Part shown: piece after piece, positions 25,562-38,814 of the stretch
How the letters are laid out: every line of letters begins with the position of its first letter
Position numbering within the stretch: the first letter of the stretch is position 1
Assembly (NCBI GenBank): GCA_030390025.1
Contig: CM059431.1
Span: 113,400,001-113,464,000 of the forward strand
DNA length: 64,000 bases
Reading direction: 5' to 3'
Source of the DNA: Squalus acanthias
Taxonomy: Eukaryota
Notes under the pieces: model-generated
What the model saw: only the letters and a program-made list of their open reading frames with translations
Told to the model about the DNA's origin: nothing
Databases searched by the model: none
Made by a program: the position numbers and the translations under genes

Positions 25562-27711
25562 CTGGAAAGAGAAAGAATCATTACAAATGAATTTCTGTGA
25601 GATTAGCAGATTTAATAATGTGACATCAATACAGTTATTAAATACTAAAAGCACAGTGTTACTGATTTACTGGATAACTATAAGTAGCCACTTTTTTCTG
25701 TTTTTTACCCCTGTTACTTGTTTACTTTTTCTCCTCCAACTTCCTTTCCAATTTACATCCCCTATCTCTTCTTTCCTAAGTGCAGTGACTCATGCTTTGC
25801 AATTGGTGATTGTCCTTCATTACCTCAGTTAAGGAGCTGCTCTTCAAGTAAGACCAGGATGGTGAGTGTCAGCAGTCTAAAATGACTGGAGCAATCATAA
25901 CAACGCAACGCAACCCAATCCTATCCTTGGCCAATGTCCAAACATGCGCATTTTCCAGTGGGGCCATTAGGTAGTAATTGAGAGCAGGAGTCCAGATCAT
26001 TTCTGCACCTTCCCTAGTCCAGTGGTATTAGGTTTTGGGGCCAGATAGATGCCTTTTCTGGTGCTTTACTTTCCTACGTTCTTCAGGGATGTGGACACCA
26101 ATTTTAGCAGCGTGACAGCGATGTGTCAGTTCAACATAGACCAGGGATCAAAGTTGTGACCAAGGATGAGCTCACCCCTGAAGACGTTCACTGAGCCCCG
26201 AGGAGACTGCAAATCACCACTTCAGTTGTTCGTACTACTACCAGCACTAGTGGCAGACCTATAACTATCAGTACTTCACCCTAATATTATACAATTCAAA
26301 ATTCATGATTGGATAGAAATTTGGGTGCAATACTAGTTACAAATATGTATGAAATCTCTTTGTCCACAATTTAAAGCCTGTTTTAAACAGGTTCGTGCCT
26401 TTTATAAACTAAAGTGAAATTTCATGGGAATGCATTAACTTTACTGAAATTATATAGTGCGATTTCACCCCCAAATCTGTAATGGTACTGCTGGATGTTT
26501 TTAATTTTTTACAGTTCAAGTGGACATAGTATGGCAAATTCAGTGAGGCAATGCACCTGGTGGAAGGTCAGAGAATCAAGCTATAGTGCTCTAGTCCTAC
26601 CCACCCAGATGCACTCCCATCTGGCAAAGCTCTGCTCTGGGAGCACCATCTCATTGGATTTGACGCAGCATTAAATTTCATATATGATAGCATTTTGCTT
26701 CACTGAAATCCTCATGATGTCGATGCTAATGATGCCTCAACATGTGTTCATCTGCAAACGATACAATCTGCCTTAACTCATTTTCCCACAAGTGAAGGTG
26801 ACTTGATAAATATTGCTTGGTGCAATATTTCACTTATGTGATAAGCATTCTTTAAACTAAGATTTATAGCTATACTGGGATTTTGTGTGTAATGCAAATT
26901 AGTAGGTGATTTAGTCATACAAGTATACTCTACCTTTCCTACTTTTACCAGAAGGAGGTATCAGACCTGGGGCAATGGACATATAGCAGGAGCCTCTTAA
27001 CAGTAACAATTTTATACATAGTAAGATGTCTTTAGGTGCTGCTGGAGAATAAATGCAGTTTTAAAAAGGATTAAAAGGGACTTAAGAGCATCATAAAGAT
27101 ATCGAATAACATGCAGCCTGACATGTGTTGCACAGCTGTAATGCATCATGGGATTGAGATGACAACAGAAATAACAAGAAGTATGAGTCGTTTATGTATA
27201 TCATTCTATGGTGAGATACTTGGGACAAATTCTGGCACATTATTCTGTACAATCTGTACAAACTTCACGTTGCTAGCTGTTGGTGTTTATGGTTTTCATT
27301 TTTAATGACGGGATTGTCACAGCCAACAACATTGGACAAAAAGAAAAAGAAACACAGATAAGTAAGCTGAAAGAAAAAACGGGAAATCCAAAGCCATTTA
27401 GACTAAGCAGTGGCAGGAGGATGTTAAGATGTAATCAGCATTTGTGGTGTTTTCAACTGTTGTACACCGTATAATAGAAAAAAAACAGTTCAAAGCAACG
27501 TCTTATTAATTAGGGGCATAAAAATCTGTGCAATAGAAAGAAAAAAACATTAGGCTATCAAGTTCATTCGATCTAGCAGATTGACTTCTACAGTTAGTCC
27601 CATCTGTTATCCACTGATTCCCTTATTCTCCAAACCACAACCTCATCTGTCAGTAGTTTGTCTTAGATTGTAAACCTTTAAGAGACAACAAAAATGATTT
27701 ATCATACTAGA

Positions 27712-28005
27712 AGAAGGAAAGAATTTGCATTTATGTAGCACCTTAGGAAGTCCCAAAGTTTTTTTATTACCAATAGATTACCTTTGAAATCCAGTCACTG
27801 TTATGCAGACAAATGTAGCAACCAGATTACGCACAGCAAGGTCCCACAGACAGAAAATGAATGAGCACATAATCTGTATTTGGTAGTATTATTTGAGAAA
27901 GGAATATTGGCCAGGACAAAGGAGAGCTTACTCGTCAAATAGTGCTATCGGATCTTTTATATCCACCTGAGCAGGCAGGTGGGGCTTTGGTTTCACATCT
28001 CTTTC
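27712..28005 (-). mobile_element. Degenerate DeuSINE copy
   Basis: Diverged reverse match to the SINE body and tail. Confidence 0.65.
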
Positions 28006-28531
28006 CATTGAAGTCAATGGAAAGGAAAATCACGTGGGGTGTATAAGGATCTGCTACCGCCAGCGGTGAAAGTTAAAATCGACCCGGTTTCAGTCAGATG
28101 AGATGTGAAACCAAAGACCCATCTGCCTGCTCAAGTACATTTGTTCCAGATTGCAACCTTTCTTCTAAAGCCTTAATAATCAGTAGTTGCTAAATGTTTA
28201 AGCATATTTTCTTGATCTGCATTAGTAAATCAATGAACTTGATGTCTTGGCTTCTGATTTTACTTATTTCCCTATTCATTTTAAAATATGAATAAAATTA
28301 TCTCATTCTGTTTTGCTGAGAATAAAGTATGTTCTCACACGTATAGCATACGCTGGTGGCTGCCCAAGTGGGTGGTTAATTAGATGACGGATGGGTGGAA
28401 ATATTCCAGATGTACATGTCGGAGCTTAGAACTTTGTCTGCTATAATGAGGTGCAAACTATCGTGGATTTCTTGTAAGACATCATAAAATGTAACTTAAA
28501 CAGCTAATTTCTGTTAGTTTTATAAAACATA

Positions 28532-28640
28532 AATGAGAAGTCGCACAACACCAGGTTATAGTCCAACAGTTTTATTTAAAATTACGAGCTTTCGGAGCTC
28601 CGCTCCTTCTTCAGGTACAGGTACCGGCATCTCCGCATCA
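28532..28640 (-). mobile_element. 109-bp Penelope-like insert with 12-bp TSD
   Basis: TSD TTATAAAACATA at 28520-28531 and 28641-28652. Confidence 0.85.
28583..28617 (-). ncRNA. Minimal hammerhead motif with C at the cleavage position (sense to EDNRB)
   Basis: UAC-CUGAAGA-A-GGAGC GGA GCUCC-GAAA-GC-UC-GUA. Confidence 0.72.
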
Positions 28641-28979
28641 TTATAAAACATAGGGAGACATGTTTCCCTTTTTCTCATAGATTTTAACAGCCACCAATCA
28701 AAATGGCAGATGGAAAATGTTGGTTCTGAGTGGCTTAGCAGGATTTTTTTTTTTAAAGCCATGAACACATCTACAATAACGTGCCTGCACACCTCTCAAA
28801 GTTAACAAATGATTTGCACACTTTAAATTGTGAGCATTTTGTGAATTCAGCTGTTGACTCTGGCAGAGATAGCTGCACAAGCTGAAGACTACCCGTCATT
28901 GTCACTGCTGATAAAGGCAGTGCAGGACCCAATCTAGTAAATCTGCAACACTGCACAGTCTGTGGGCCTGCAGTAGGTG

Positions 28980-29238
28980 CAGGGTCACCAAGCCTCCAGG
29001 ATTGTCCTGGAGTCTCCAGGAATTAAAGAATAACCTCCTGGACGCTGCTACGAGCGACTCAGAAGAAAAATTAAAGGGTGTTAATAAAATTGTTTTTTTT
29101 TCCATTTTCTTTGAACAGTTTCATTAATCAGTTATAAAAATATTGGAGATGGGGGAGGGTAAAAGGCTGGGCAATTGGAGGCTGGAGGTCATGTGATGAA
29201 ATCTCCAGGAATACGTCCAACCAGAGTTGGCGACCCTA
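28980..29238. mobile_element. hAT-type MITE
   Basis: Termini CAGGGTCACCAA / TTGGCGACCCTA; 8-bp TSD AGTAGGTG/AGTGGGTG. Confidence 0.75.
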
Positions 29239-31560
29239 AGTGGGTGGCAGACCTTAGCAGTATTCAATTCCCGAGAGGATTACAGCGCAGAGGTTAACTG
29301 AAATCCATATACTCTTTAGAAATGACTTACAAGTTCCAGAATAAAAAGGATGTGAAAAGGCTAATAAACCCTGGGCCCTCCTTAGCAGGCTTCCCATGTT
29401 ACTGGCCTAATCCAGCTGTGGATTGCGCAAATATTGTCTCAGCAGCAGATTTAGTAAAGAATTTGTCTCACTGGCCCCCCCTTGTAGATTGTGTGCATTG
29501 TGTAAGGGAGAAACGCTATGACCTTTTAAGTGTGGCACACTGATAAGCAAAGGGGACAAAGAGTTTGGCAATATGTCACAAAGCTTATGAACCTATGCCC
29601 AACCACTGTGAAAAGCCGAATGGAGATTGGGGGGAAAAGAATCATGGTTTCAAAAACATCACCAAAGCAAGACAAGAATATCATTAGTCATTTCTAATCA
29701 TTAGTCATTTCCCTGTATCTACATGACTACTTTTTAAAATCAAAATTAATGCACAGAGGGAAATGTCTTCCCATAGTGCTACTACTGAGAACCTCGCAGT
29801 GAAGGTGGAACAGTTTAACCATATGCCCAACCACTTAATTCATTGCCAGATAATCAGTTTGACAGTACGGAAATGATCCAGCCTGTCCAAACTGGACCAC
29901 CGGTTACTACAATGTAAAGAAAAGGTTAGTGCAGTATTAATGTTCTGCCGCTAAATGTTATTGGCACATTTAGTAAATAGTGAATAACGCCATACTTGCA
30001 AGTCAAGCTAAAGACGTACAAATAAGATAGCATTATTGCACCAGCTTCAACTCCATGTTGCCTCCTTGAATCCAATATTGGATTCCAAAAATTGTAAATG
30101 GGAAGCTGAATGGACTAACTTGTTTTAAATACCAAGATGACACAATAGGATTTTCTTTTATTTGTTCGTGGGATGTGAGCGTCGCTGGCAAGGCCAGCAT
30201 TTATTGCCCATCTCGAATTGCCCTTGAAATTGAGTGCACTGTATCAATATTTATGTACTGTATCAATATGTACATATTTTTAAGCTATTAATTATCAAAT
30301 ATAACCTATTAATTCTAGAGGTCTTGCATTACCAATACCAATTGAGTCTTTGTCATATGATCCATCAACTTTATGACCACCAAAGTTCCAAATAGCTCCC
30401 ACTACACTCACCTTTTGTGGCAATAGAAAGAAAACATTGCCAAGGTAATAAAACAAATTATGCAAGAAAAAAGTACATTATAGCTTCTTTAGAAAGAACA
30501 TCTGATGTCTCATAATAGATTTAAGACAATTATTCAACTTCCAATGTTGAATTCTGGAAATAATCTACTTAAGCTTTGCGCTGATGGTTTAAGGTTTAAT
30601 CTGAACTCCTTGATCGAATCACTGGCTTGTAATGCTGCTATTGTGCTAACTTGACTGATGCGAATAGGCATGTTAATCAATTCTACCACATTCATGCTAG
30701 CCAGGTTACACTCGCCACAAACAATCTAGTGTTCAGGTTTCGTCTCAATTTTGGGGCACGTACAATCGTGACCTACGTGACGCATACCATATGTACCTCC
30801 ACATGTACAGAAGTACTCCAAGTTTTGAGAGGAGCAGAGCTCTGTGCATATATCTGTGTGTGTGTGGCCCACATACCCTGGCTACATTCATTATATCTAG
30901 TACTGGCTCACAGTCTACTGGCCTGAGGGGTGGGTATAAAGCAGATCCAATGCATGTTAAGGCACAGTGAAGTCTTTCCACATACTGGATTCTCGGATTT
31001 TGGTTTGCAGCTGTGGTAGCCTTATTCCATTTGGATCGCCAACATGGGTGGCTCAGCCAAAGCTGAGTGTGATTTTTCTCCTCACAAAACATTCAAGTGC
31101 AACAGCAAGTATAACAAAAACTTAATTCACTGACGAGCGACTCGTATCCAATGCTTGCTAAAAGTTTTTTGTTGATTATATACTTTTACAACCAATTTCC
31201 ATTCTGACTTATGTGAGTAACCGTTCTCTTCTCCGGGGAAAAAAAAATAACTTGGTAATATTTTACTGCCGTGAAATTCAGTAACATTTCCCAATGCCTA
31301 CTCTGCATGTGAATTACAAAAGTAAAATATTACAGATTTTCAAGTACCTCGAAACTTACTGAAACTTTAGAATATTATTTCTTAGCTTATTAGTTTCAGT
31401 ATGCAAATTATAAAGAACTTTTTTCAATTTGTTGAGAATGAACCTACTGGATAATTCAAGGACATCGCTGATCATAATTTGTTTGATGTCTCAGGGCTGT
31501 AAACTGTCAAGTTTTTGAACTATATACAATGAGACTGGTCTCATGTTAACCAGATACATT

Positions 31561-31687
31561 GGGGGAATGTTATCAATGGGGGCCCGTTGGAGGCGGGACT
31601 GCTGCTTGTCGGGTTTCAGTCCCGCCCCCATCAAGGTCTGGCCAACCCACGCTATTTTCCCTTGATTGACCTCGTTAAGCCCGCCCA
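31561..31687. mobile_element. Harbinger MITE left-end fragment
   Basis: Homologous to 46722-46848. Confidence 0.7.
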
Positions 31688-32050
31688 ATGAGATGTGTCA
31701 CAGGGGATCCAACGTGTCAAATCCTGCTGTCTGCAGTTTTTTTTGGGGTTTGTTTTTTTTGTGTTTTTTTAAAAAAAACTGGAAAGACAGACAACGATGT
31801 CGAGTCACGTTCTGTAGCGTGACATGAACCCTGTGACACATCTCATTGTCTTGGCTGTGCTCTTGGTGTGTCTTTGATGTAAGGACACCTTCCCTGAAAG
31901 ATTGTATCTCTGCAGTTTCTGTGTTTATATACTGTGAAATATTGTAGATTCACTCATTGTAACTTTACCTGAGGAAGGGGCGACAGCTCCGAAAGCTTGT
32001 AATTTTAAATAAATCTGTTGGACTATAACCTGGTGTTGTGCGACTTCTCA
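31688..32050. mobile_element. Penelope-like 3' region with an inverted segment; hammerhead at 31965-32002 (+)
   Basis: Minus-strand GFMSRYRT* and 3'UTR as in 63575-63755, then flips to plus; UUAC-CUGAGGA-A-GGGGCGACAGCUCC-GAAA-GC-UU-GUAA. Confidence 0.8.
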
Positions 32051-32196
32051 ACATTATCTGTGACAGTGATTATGATGTATTAATCTTCCTTGTCCTCTTC
32101 GATCTCACTGCAGCTTCTCCCTCCAACGTCTCTCCTCTGTTGTCCAACTGAATGGAATATATTCAAAGCTGAGATAAATAGAATTTTGGACTCTAA

Positions 32197-32915
32197 GGGG
32201 AGGAAATTCACTATCGCCCCGTTTGGGGTGCTAATTTTCAAAAATTTGAAAAGTTAGCGCCAGGCGCTAACGATTTCAAACTTTTGAAAAACTCGCCGTT
32301 TACACTCCAAGAAGGAAGTGGAGAGCTAAATCAATCGCTCCACTTCCTTCTTGGAGCGCAATTGGCAGCAGGTGGGGCGGAGACTTCAGCAGCGCTGCAC
32401 ACTGGGCCGTGCAGCGCTGCTGCGTTCAAAGGCTCCTTCCCCCCCTTAAAGGGAAGGGCCATCGCTGCAGGCTCTGCAATAGAAAAAGTACCTACCTGGA
32501 CCACCAAGGCAGCTGTGATACCGCACGATCAGCCCGGCACTCAAGCAGAGAGCCGGGCTGATTGATCGCGGGCAGGAACCCGCGAAAAAAACTGGAACAA
32601 GAAAGGTAAGTTTTTTTTACTCACCTCGGCCACCCCACCTTTAATCATCGCCCCCAAAGCAGCCAGCCGCCCGATGCACGCCTCCTGCAGCTTTCGGTGT
32701 TTTGACTGGCGCTGCTACCAGGGCGATGCGCACAGCGATGACATCACAATCTCGAAGGAGATCGGGACACAATGCCGTAGTGCCACCGCAAAACTCCCGC
32801 TGAATATGGCGGGAGTTGATGTCAGCGCCGCGCCCGGTCACAAAGCCATTTACGCCCCGTTAGTGCCCCCCCGGGGGTGCTAATGGGAGGCGCAAAGGCA
32901 CCCAATTTCGCCCCC
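32197..32915. mobile_element. CpG-rich Harbinger-type MITE inserted into a CR1 tail (32150-33057)
   Basis: TIRs GGGGAGGAAATT / AATTTCGCCCCC, 3-bp flanks TAA/TAG; CR1 sequence resumes after it. Confidence 0.8.
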
Positions 32916-33074
32916 TAGGAGAATCAAGGGATATGGAGATCGGGCGGGAAAGTGGAGTTGAGGTCGAAGATCAGCCATGATCTTATTGAATGGCAGAGCA
33001 GACTCGAGGGGCCGTATGGCCTACTCCTGCTCCTAATTCTTATGTTCTTATGTTCTAACTTGGTGAGAGTGACT

Positions 33075-33710
33075 AAGTACCTCTCCCTGAACCAGACTCT
33101 TCACAAGCTGAGCATCCCATTTGACCCTAATCTGAGCTTCCAACCCCTATCACCTCCATCACAAAAACCGCATACTTCTACCTCCCTAATATCATCTGCC
33201 TCCGCCCCTACCTCAGCCTATCTGCCACAGAAACCCTCTTCCTTGTCACCTCCAGTCTTGACTATTGCCTCTATAGACTTCAGCATATCTGAAACTCTGT
33301 TCCTATATGCTATCCCGCACCAAGTTTGTTCGTTCATCATTGCTGTCCTCACTGACCTAAATTGACTGCTGAACTCCCAACAACCTAAACTTAAAATTCT
33401 CATCCTTGTGTTTAAATCCTGCCATAGTCTTGCCCCTTCCGATCTCTTTAACCTCCTGCTGTGCTACAACCTTACCCACCAAACTCTCCCTCTTTTCTGA
33501 CTACGCACCATGCTCTGTAATTCCCTCCATACACCCCTCGGTCTCTTCATCTCCCTCTTCCCCTTTAAAACCCAGCTGATTGACCAAGCTTGTGGTCATC
33601 CCTTCTAATCTCTCCTTCTTTGGCTCAGCATCCTTATCAAATGCAGCTGTGAAGTGCCTTGGGGTGTTTCTCTACATTAAAGGTACCATATAAATGAAAA
33701 TTGATTGTGA
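33075..33710 (+). mobile_element. Degenerate L2 3' fragment
   Basis: Diverged match to the other L2 copies, including the tail. Confidence 0.7.
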
Positions 33711-34473
33711 TGACATACAGTGCTGCTTTTAGGATTTTCTATCCAAAACGACCAATAAAATTATTGAAAAGTAAAGCAGCATTTTGCACTCTTAAATAGC
33801 AATCATTAACAAAAACTGCTGAATTATGTGGCGGTGGGGGAGACAGATAATTGAAAAGCGAATACGAATCTTAATGTCAGACTTGCCATTAGTCTACATA
33901 ATGATTGTGAAGATTTCAAAGTACTATTACAGTAATGAAGCCCATACGGTAGGAAGGTAGGGTATCGAATGATCCCTGTAAATTAAATACACCTTATGTA
34001 ACAAAGCGGAGAGAGTGAACAGCTGAAGAAGTGGGACTTCCGGGTTTTTCTTTTTCTTTTAAATAGATTCCATCGTATAGAACATCGCAGTTCTAACCTG
34101 TACACTGTTAGTTTTGTGAATGTGCGGGGATTGTGCTGGCAAGGAGTGTATACATACATGCATGGAAATGCTTTGCAAGCCTTCAGTCGGGCTCTTATGC
34201 TGGGTCAGTAATTGCTGTAGTTGCTGTTTATTGGGAGAGGGATAGCAACATGGTAAAAGCGGAAGAAGAGACAAGAAATGCAAATCCACAAGGACCTCGT
34301 AAAGGAATAGTCACAAGAACTATAGCTGATTCAGCACAGACGTTATTATACATCGGTTCAGGCACAGCTTCCTAACCCCATGGTTACTGGTAATTTTGAT
34401 GCTTTTATTCATGTTCACCAGATAGTTTCACATTACTACCTCAGTTTGGAGGCTTTCTTCTGGTTCGTGTGGT

Positions 34474-34593
34474 AGTGCCTAGAATCTGAAAATGAACCTG
34501 AAGGCGGTAGTAGTCGGTAATAATTTTGTAATGGGTTACAAAATTATTACAGACTACTACCGCCTTCAGTTTCATTTTCAGATTCGAGGCACT
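34474..34593. repeat. 120-bp near-perfect inverted repeat
   Basis: 58-bp arms, 3 mismatches, 4-nt loop TGGG. Confidence 0.92.
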
Positions 34594-35033
34594 GTCACGC
34601 TGCACCTCGATTTTACCAGCTCAGGCAGAGGGCAGATGAGATCTAGGATTAGTCCAGTGATGACGACCCCGTCATTCAGAGAATATCAGATGGTGTGTTT
34701 GGGGGTGGGTGGAGGTGGTTGGTGGGTGGAAGGGTGGAGTATAGAAAAAGAACAAAGGGGAAGTTTTAAAACCTAGTTGAAGGACAAAGACCCATAGTGC
34801 AGGACAACACCAAGGATGAAAAGAATAATATATTAGATGTATTTATTAAGATAAATCAAGAACGAGTGGTTAAACGATACCACACTTGGGTTTTAAAAGC
34901 CAGGTCATTGTAATTGTTTTAAGTAAACACAGTTCGTAGGTTTATGGTGTAATAATAAACCTTGATTTACAGTGAAACTACAGCAAACAAAGCATGGATT
35001 GAACTTTCCTCCCTACCATAAATTTTAGTGTAT

Positions 35034-35506
35034 TCAGCCATGGCTCAGCTGGTAGCACACTCATCTACTGCATCAGAAGGGTGTGGGTACAACTCCCACT
35101 TCAGAGACTTGAGCACAAAAATCTAGGCTGACACTCCAGTGCAGTGCTGAAAGAGTGCTGCACTGTCAGAGGTGCCTTCTTTTGGATGAGACATTAAACC
35201 GAGGCCCCATCTGCTCTCTCGGGTGGACGTAAAAGATCCCATGGCACTATTTTGAAGAACAGCAGTTGAGTTATCCCCGGTGTCCTGGGGCCAATATTTA
35301 TCCCTCAATCAACATCACTAAAAAAACAGATTATCTGGTCATTATCACATTGCTGTTTGCGGGAGCTTGCTGTGCGCAAATTGGCTGTTGCGTTTCCTAC
35401 ATTACAACAGTGACTACACTCCAAAAAGTGCTTCATTGGCTGTAAAGCACTTTGGGACATCCTGAGGTCGTGAAAGGCGCTATAGAAGTGCAAGTCTTTT
35501 TTTCTT
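35034..35506 (+). mobile_element. Full-length DeuSINE (SacSINE1-like)
   Basis: tRNA-like A and B boxes, conserved body, tail shared with the L2 copies. Confidence 0.88.
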
Positions 35507-36991
35507 TACCTTTCTACACTCCCTCAAAGAAGTTTTGTTTGCCTTTAAAACTCAACTTAAAAAAAACTCAAATAAGATGACAAAAGAGTCTTTCTTTCCT
35601 CCTCTTTATTTGTGTCTTTCTTTCTGACTCCCTCTCATTGGTGTTAGAAATGAGAATTTATAGGGGAAATTTTATCCTCCAAAATGGGTGGGTTGGGGTT
35701 GGGAGGGAGGCGAAAGTATTAAAAATGTGACTCCTGATACCCCAAAGCACCTCCCTTTTTATGGTTATTATTTGAGGCAAACAAAATGAAAGGTGCTATG
35801 AAAAGGGAGAAAATATAAAAAAGCAAAAAAGAAAAAGCCAATGTGGATTTAGAAAAGAGTCATATTTTGAGGAACAGTCATTGTTATTTTATTTAAATTA
35901 TACAACTGTATTTTTCCACGGTCTTCCTGCTGCAGAAGTCTAGGTATTTCGCAGAATTCTCTATCATCTGCAAAGCTGAACAAGCATTTTTAATACTAGC
36001 AAATGTTAACTTTTGTATCAGAACGAAGCTGGATTTACCAAAGGAAGCAGCATTTCCTGCTAAACCTCAGGGCATCAACATCTCCAATATATGCTAATTG
36101 GATATATTAACATTTAAAATATTTCATGTCTTCATAATACAAAATATTAATACAACATCATTTTAAATAGCGTATAATGTTTAAGAAGAAACATCTTCAC
36201 ACCTTCATGAAAAGTGCATGTACAGTACACGTCCATATCTCATAGGAAAGAATCGATACAATGGGACTGTGGAAACATTTTATCCCTAATAATAGTTTCT
36301 GCCAAATAACTTTTGATAATACTTAGTAAACTGCACTTTTATTGGGTGCCAAATATGATGCAGTTTCCTATAAAGATAAGCATTCACACCTTGTGCTGTT
36401 TAAAAGTTAAACAGAAACGCTTTGCACAGTAATTGAGTTTAGAGGGTTATGGTAAAGTGCATTGTTCATTGATACGGAACAGTGTGTATTCCCTTCAGAC
36501 TCCTTTTACAATACAGTGGCTATGTGCCTGGAAATGTAGTGCTGCTTGGATCAATCGGGATTTTCTCAATTTCCATTTAGCTGTTTCAAATAAAAATTTG
36601 CACATTTCACAGCTGGACATTGGTACCAGTTAAGTGTCTGTTTGCTGCATGAGAAATATTAAAGGATCATTATTATTGGTGCTTTTTGCCATTCCCGCAT
36701 ATTATACCAAATTGCCTGATTAAAAGCCACACATACCTACCATTTATTTAGCTGATTGTCAATAACAATACAAAGGGATTGCCCTATTTTCTAACAAAGA
36801 GGAAAGTAAAAGGCAAACTAGACTTGCATGCACAAGTCAATGTTTTAGGATGCAATTATACAACACTGCTGATCTGATATTTTTAGCAATAGAATGGAAA
36901 ATGCAGCTGGCAAGGACTGAGTATACTGCAGGCTTTGCTGGACTGTAACTCGCACTTTGCCTGTCGTGGAAGAACTCTGCAAATACATATT

Positions 36992-37775
36992 GGCCCAGAA
37001 TTTCCTGTAGCAGGGCATCTAACAGCATCTGCCGTTAGTTAGACTTGCTCTTGCGTGTTTAGGCTTTTAATGTTTTTTGCGTGGCAAGTTGCTGACAGTG
37101 CAAGCTGATAACGTCGCAGCCAGGGAAATAGGGCATCTGGGACCAAAGTGAACAGGACACGCAACTGCATATCTCCTTAACCAATCAGATTGATGGATTG
37201 TGAAATTAACAGCACAAGGAATGAGTAGGAAGTGTAAATTAGAGTAGGTGAATTCAATGTCAAATCGGGTACAGGAAGAGAAATAAAGAGAGGGAAAGAA
37301 AGATTGGATTAAGAGAGAGAGAAAAAAGGATAGAAAGGAAAAGTAAAAAAAAATAACATTTTGCATTTTTTAAATCTCCAATAGCAATTAAAACATGAAG
37401 GAATGAGACTCCACACTTGTAATAGTTAATTTTCAGAGCCAGAGAGGTTGGCTGGCAGTAATGAAAACTTATCACATGGTTAACAGAGTACTTAGACTGG
37501 AATAGATAAGACTTAGCTTTCTGTGCCGAGTTTAGTTCGTATCTACTGCACAAATACAGCAACCTCACGCTGTTCAATGCATTTCAATGGTGAGGCAGAC
37601 AGCGAGATGCCATTTTCGCGAAGCTAACGGTGAATGGCACATCTCGGACAGCAACTTTTCGATATCCGCACTTAATTTTGCATCTGCCCCTAGTCTAAAG
37701 TTGTTGTAGCATTTACCCATAAATAACAGCAAGTGCGGTTAGCCTCACCGTTAGTTTGACAGCAAAATCTGGTCC
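36992..37775. mobile_element. Harbinger-type MITE
   Basis: TIRs GGCCCAGAATTT / AAAATCTGGTCC with perfect 3-bp TSD ATT. Confidence 0.82.
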
Positions 37776-38355
37776 ATTTACACAGATCTGGGGGAGTAAT
37801 TTATTTTTAATGAGGAAAGGGAGTAAATGTCACTAAAAAGTGCCCAGCAGATCCAACGGAGAGAGATTGGACACTTTTTATCCCTGACTTCACCCTGGGA
37901 CTGGAGTTATTATCCACCTGGTGCAAAGCCCAAGGTGGTGAGATGGTCTTCGGAAGAAGTTTGGCGTCCTTGGTTTAAATGTGTTGGGAGCAAGATCTCA
38001 CTGCGGAGTTACACGCACATCCAAGACCGATTTGCGTGTAACTGTACCTTAAATATATGTGAATCAGTCTGCCTGAAGGGTTTGTTTACAACAGCTAATA
38101 ATATTGATTCGCTGTCGTAGAATGCCATGCACAGATTCAGTAGTGGATTTGATTATGTAAAGATGGCAAAGTATTTAAAGTGTAAAGGCAAACTTCCAAT
38201 GTTTCCTAAGTGCAGTATTTCCCCATAGCTGCATTGCATCCTTCGATCCACCTCAATACCACTGCATCTGCCTCTGTCTAAGCCCGATGCCACTATGAGG
38301 GATGCTGGATGAGAAGTCCTGCCCCTCTCCCGCTCCCTTGTCCGGTGTCCCTTAC

Positions 38356-38814
38356 CTTGTACACGGTGATGGGGATGTCGATGATGATGTGGAGCAAGTC
38401 CCCCAAAGCCAGGCTGGCGATCAGGATGTTCGGTCCATTCCTCATATATTTGTTTTTGTAAATGATTCTCAGCAGAGTGGAGTTGCCGATGATCCCCACC
38501 ACGAACACCAGGCAGGAGACGATGGTGTTAATATATTTGAAGGTGCCCTTGATCTCCGTTTGCTGTTTGCACATCGGTCGGCTCATGCCCCGGGTGCCGT
38601 TTAGACTTTGGCCGGGGTTGCTGGCGTTGAGCAGATCCCGGTTGAAAGACCAGGGTACCTTGTGGGAAGTGGGCGCGATCGGCTCTGCACTGGAAGGTTG
38701 CACCTTTGCACCGTGCTGAGATTCGGTCTGCCCTTCCTGCCCCTGGACGGTGAGGATAGAGGTCTCCCAAAGTGTGAGGAGGATCAGCAGGACGAGGGCT
38801 CTGGAACCGACCAT
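38356..38814 (-). CDS. EDNRB: Endothelin receptor type B, coding exon 1 (signal peptide, N-terminus, TM1-TM2; 153 codons)
   Basis: ATG at 38814, hydrophobic signal [16 protein letters not shown], then [60 protein letters not shown]. Donor AAG|GTAAGG at 38355. N-glycosylation sequons NAS and NGT. Confidence 0.97.

Noticed and set aside
35034..35110. tRNA gene (also at 6891 and near 60390)
   Set aside because: tRNA-derived SINE heads continuous with SINE bodies.
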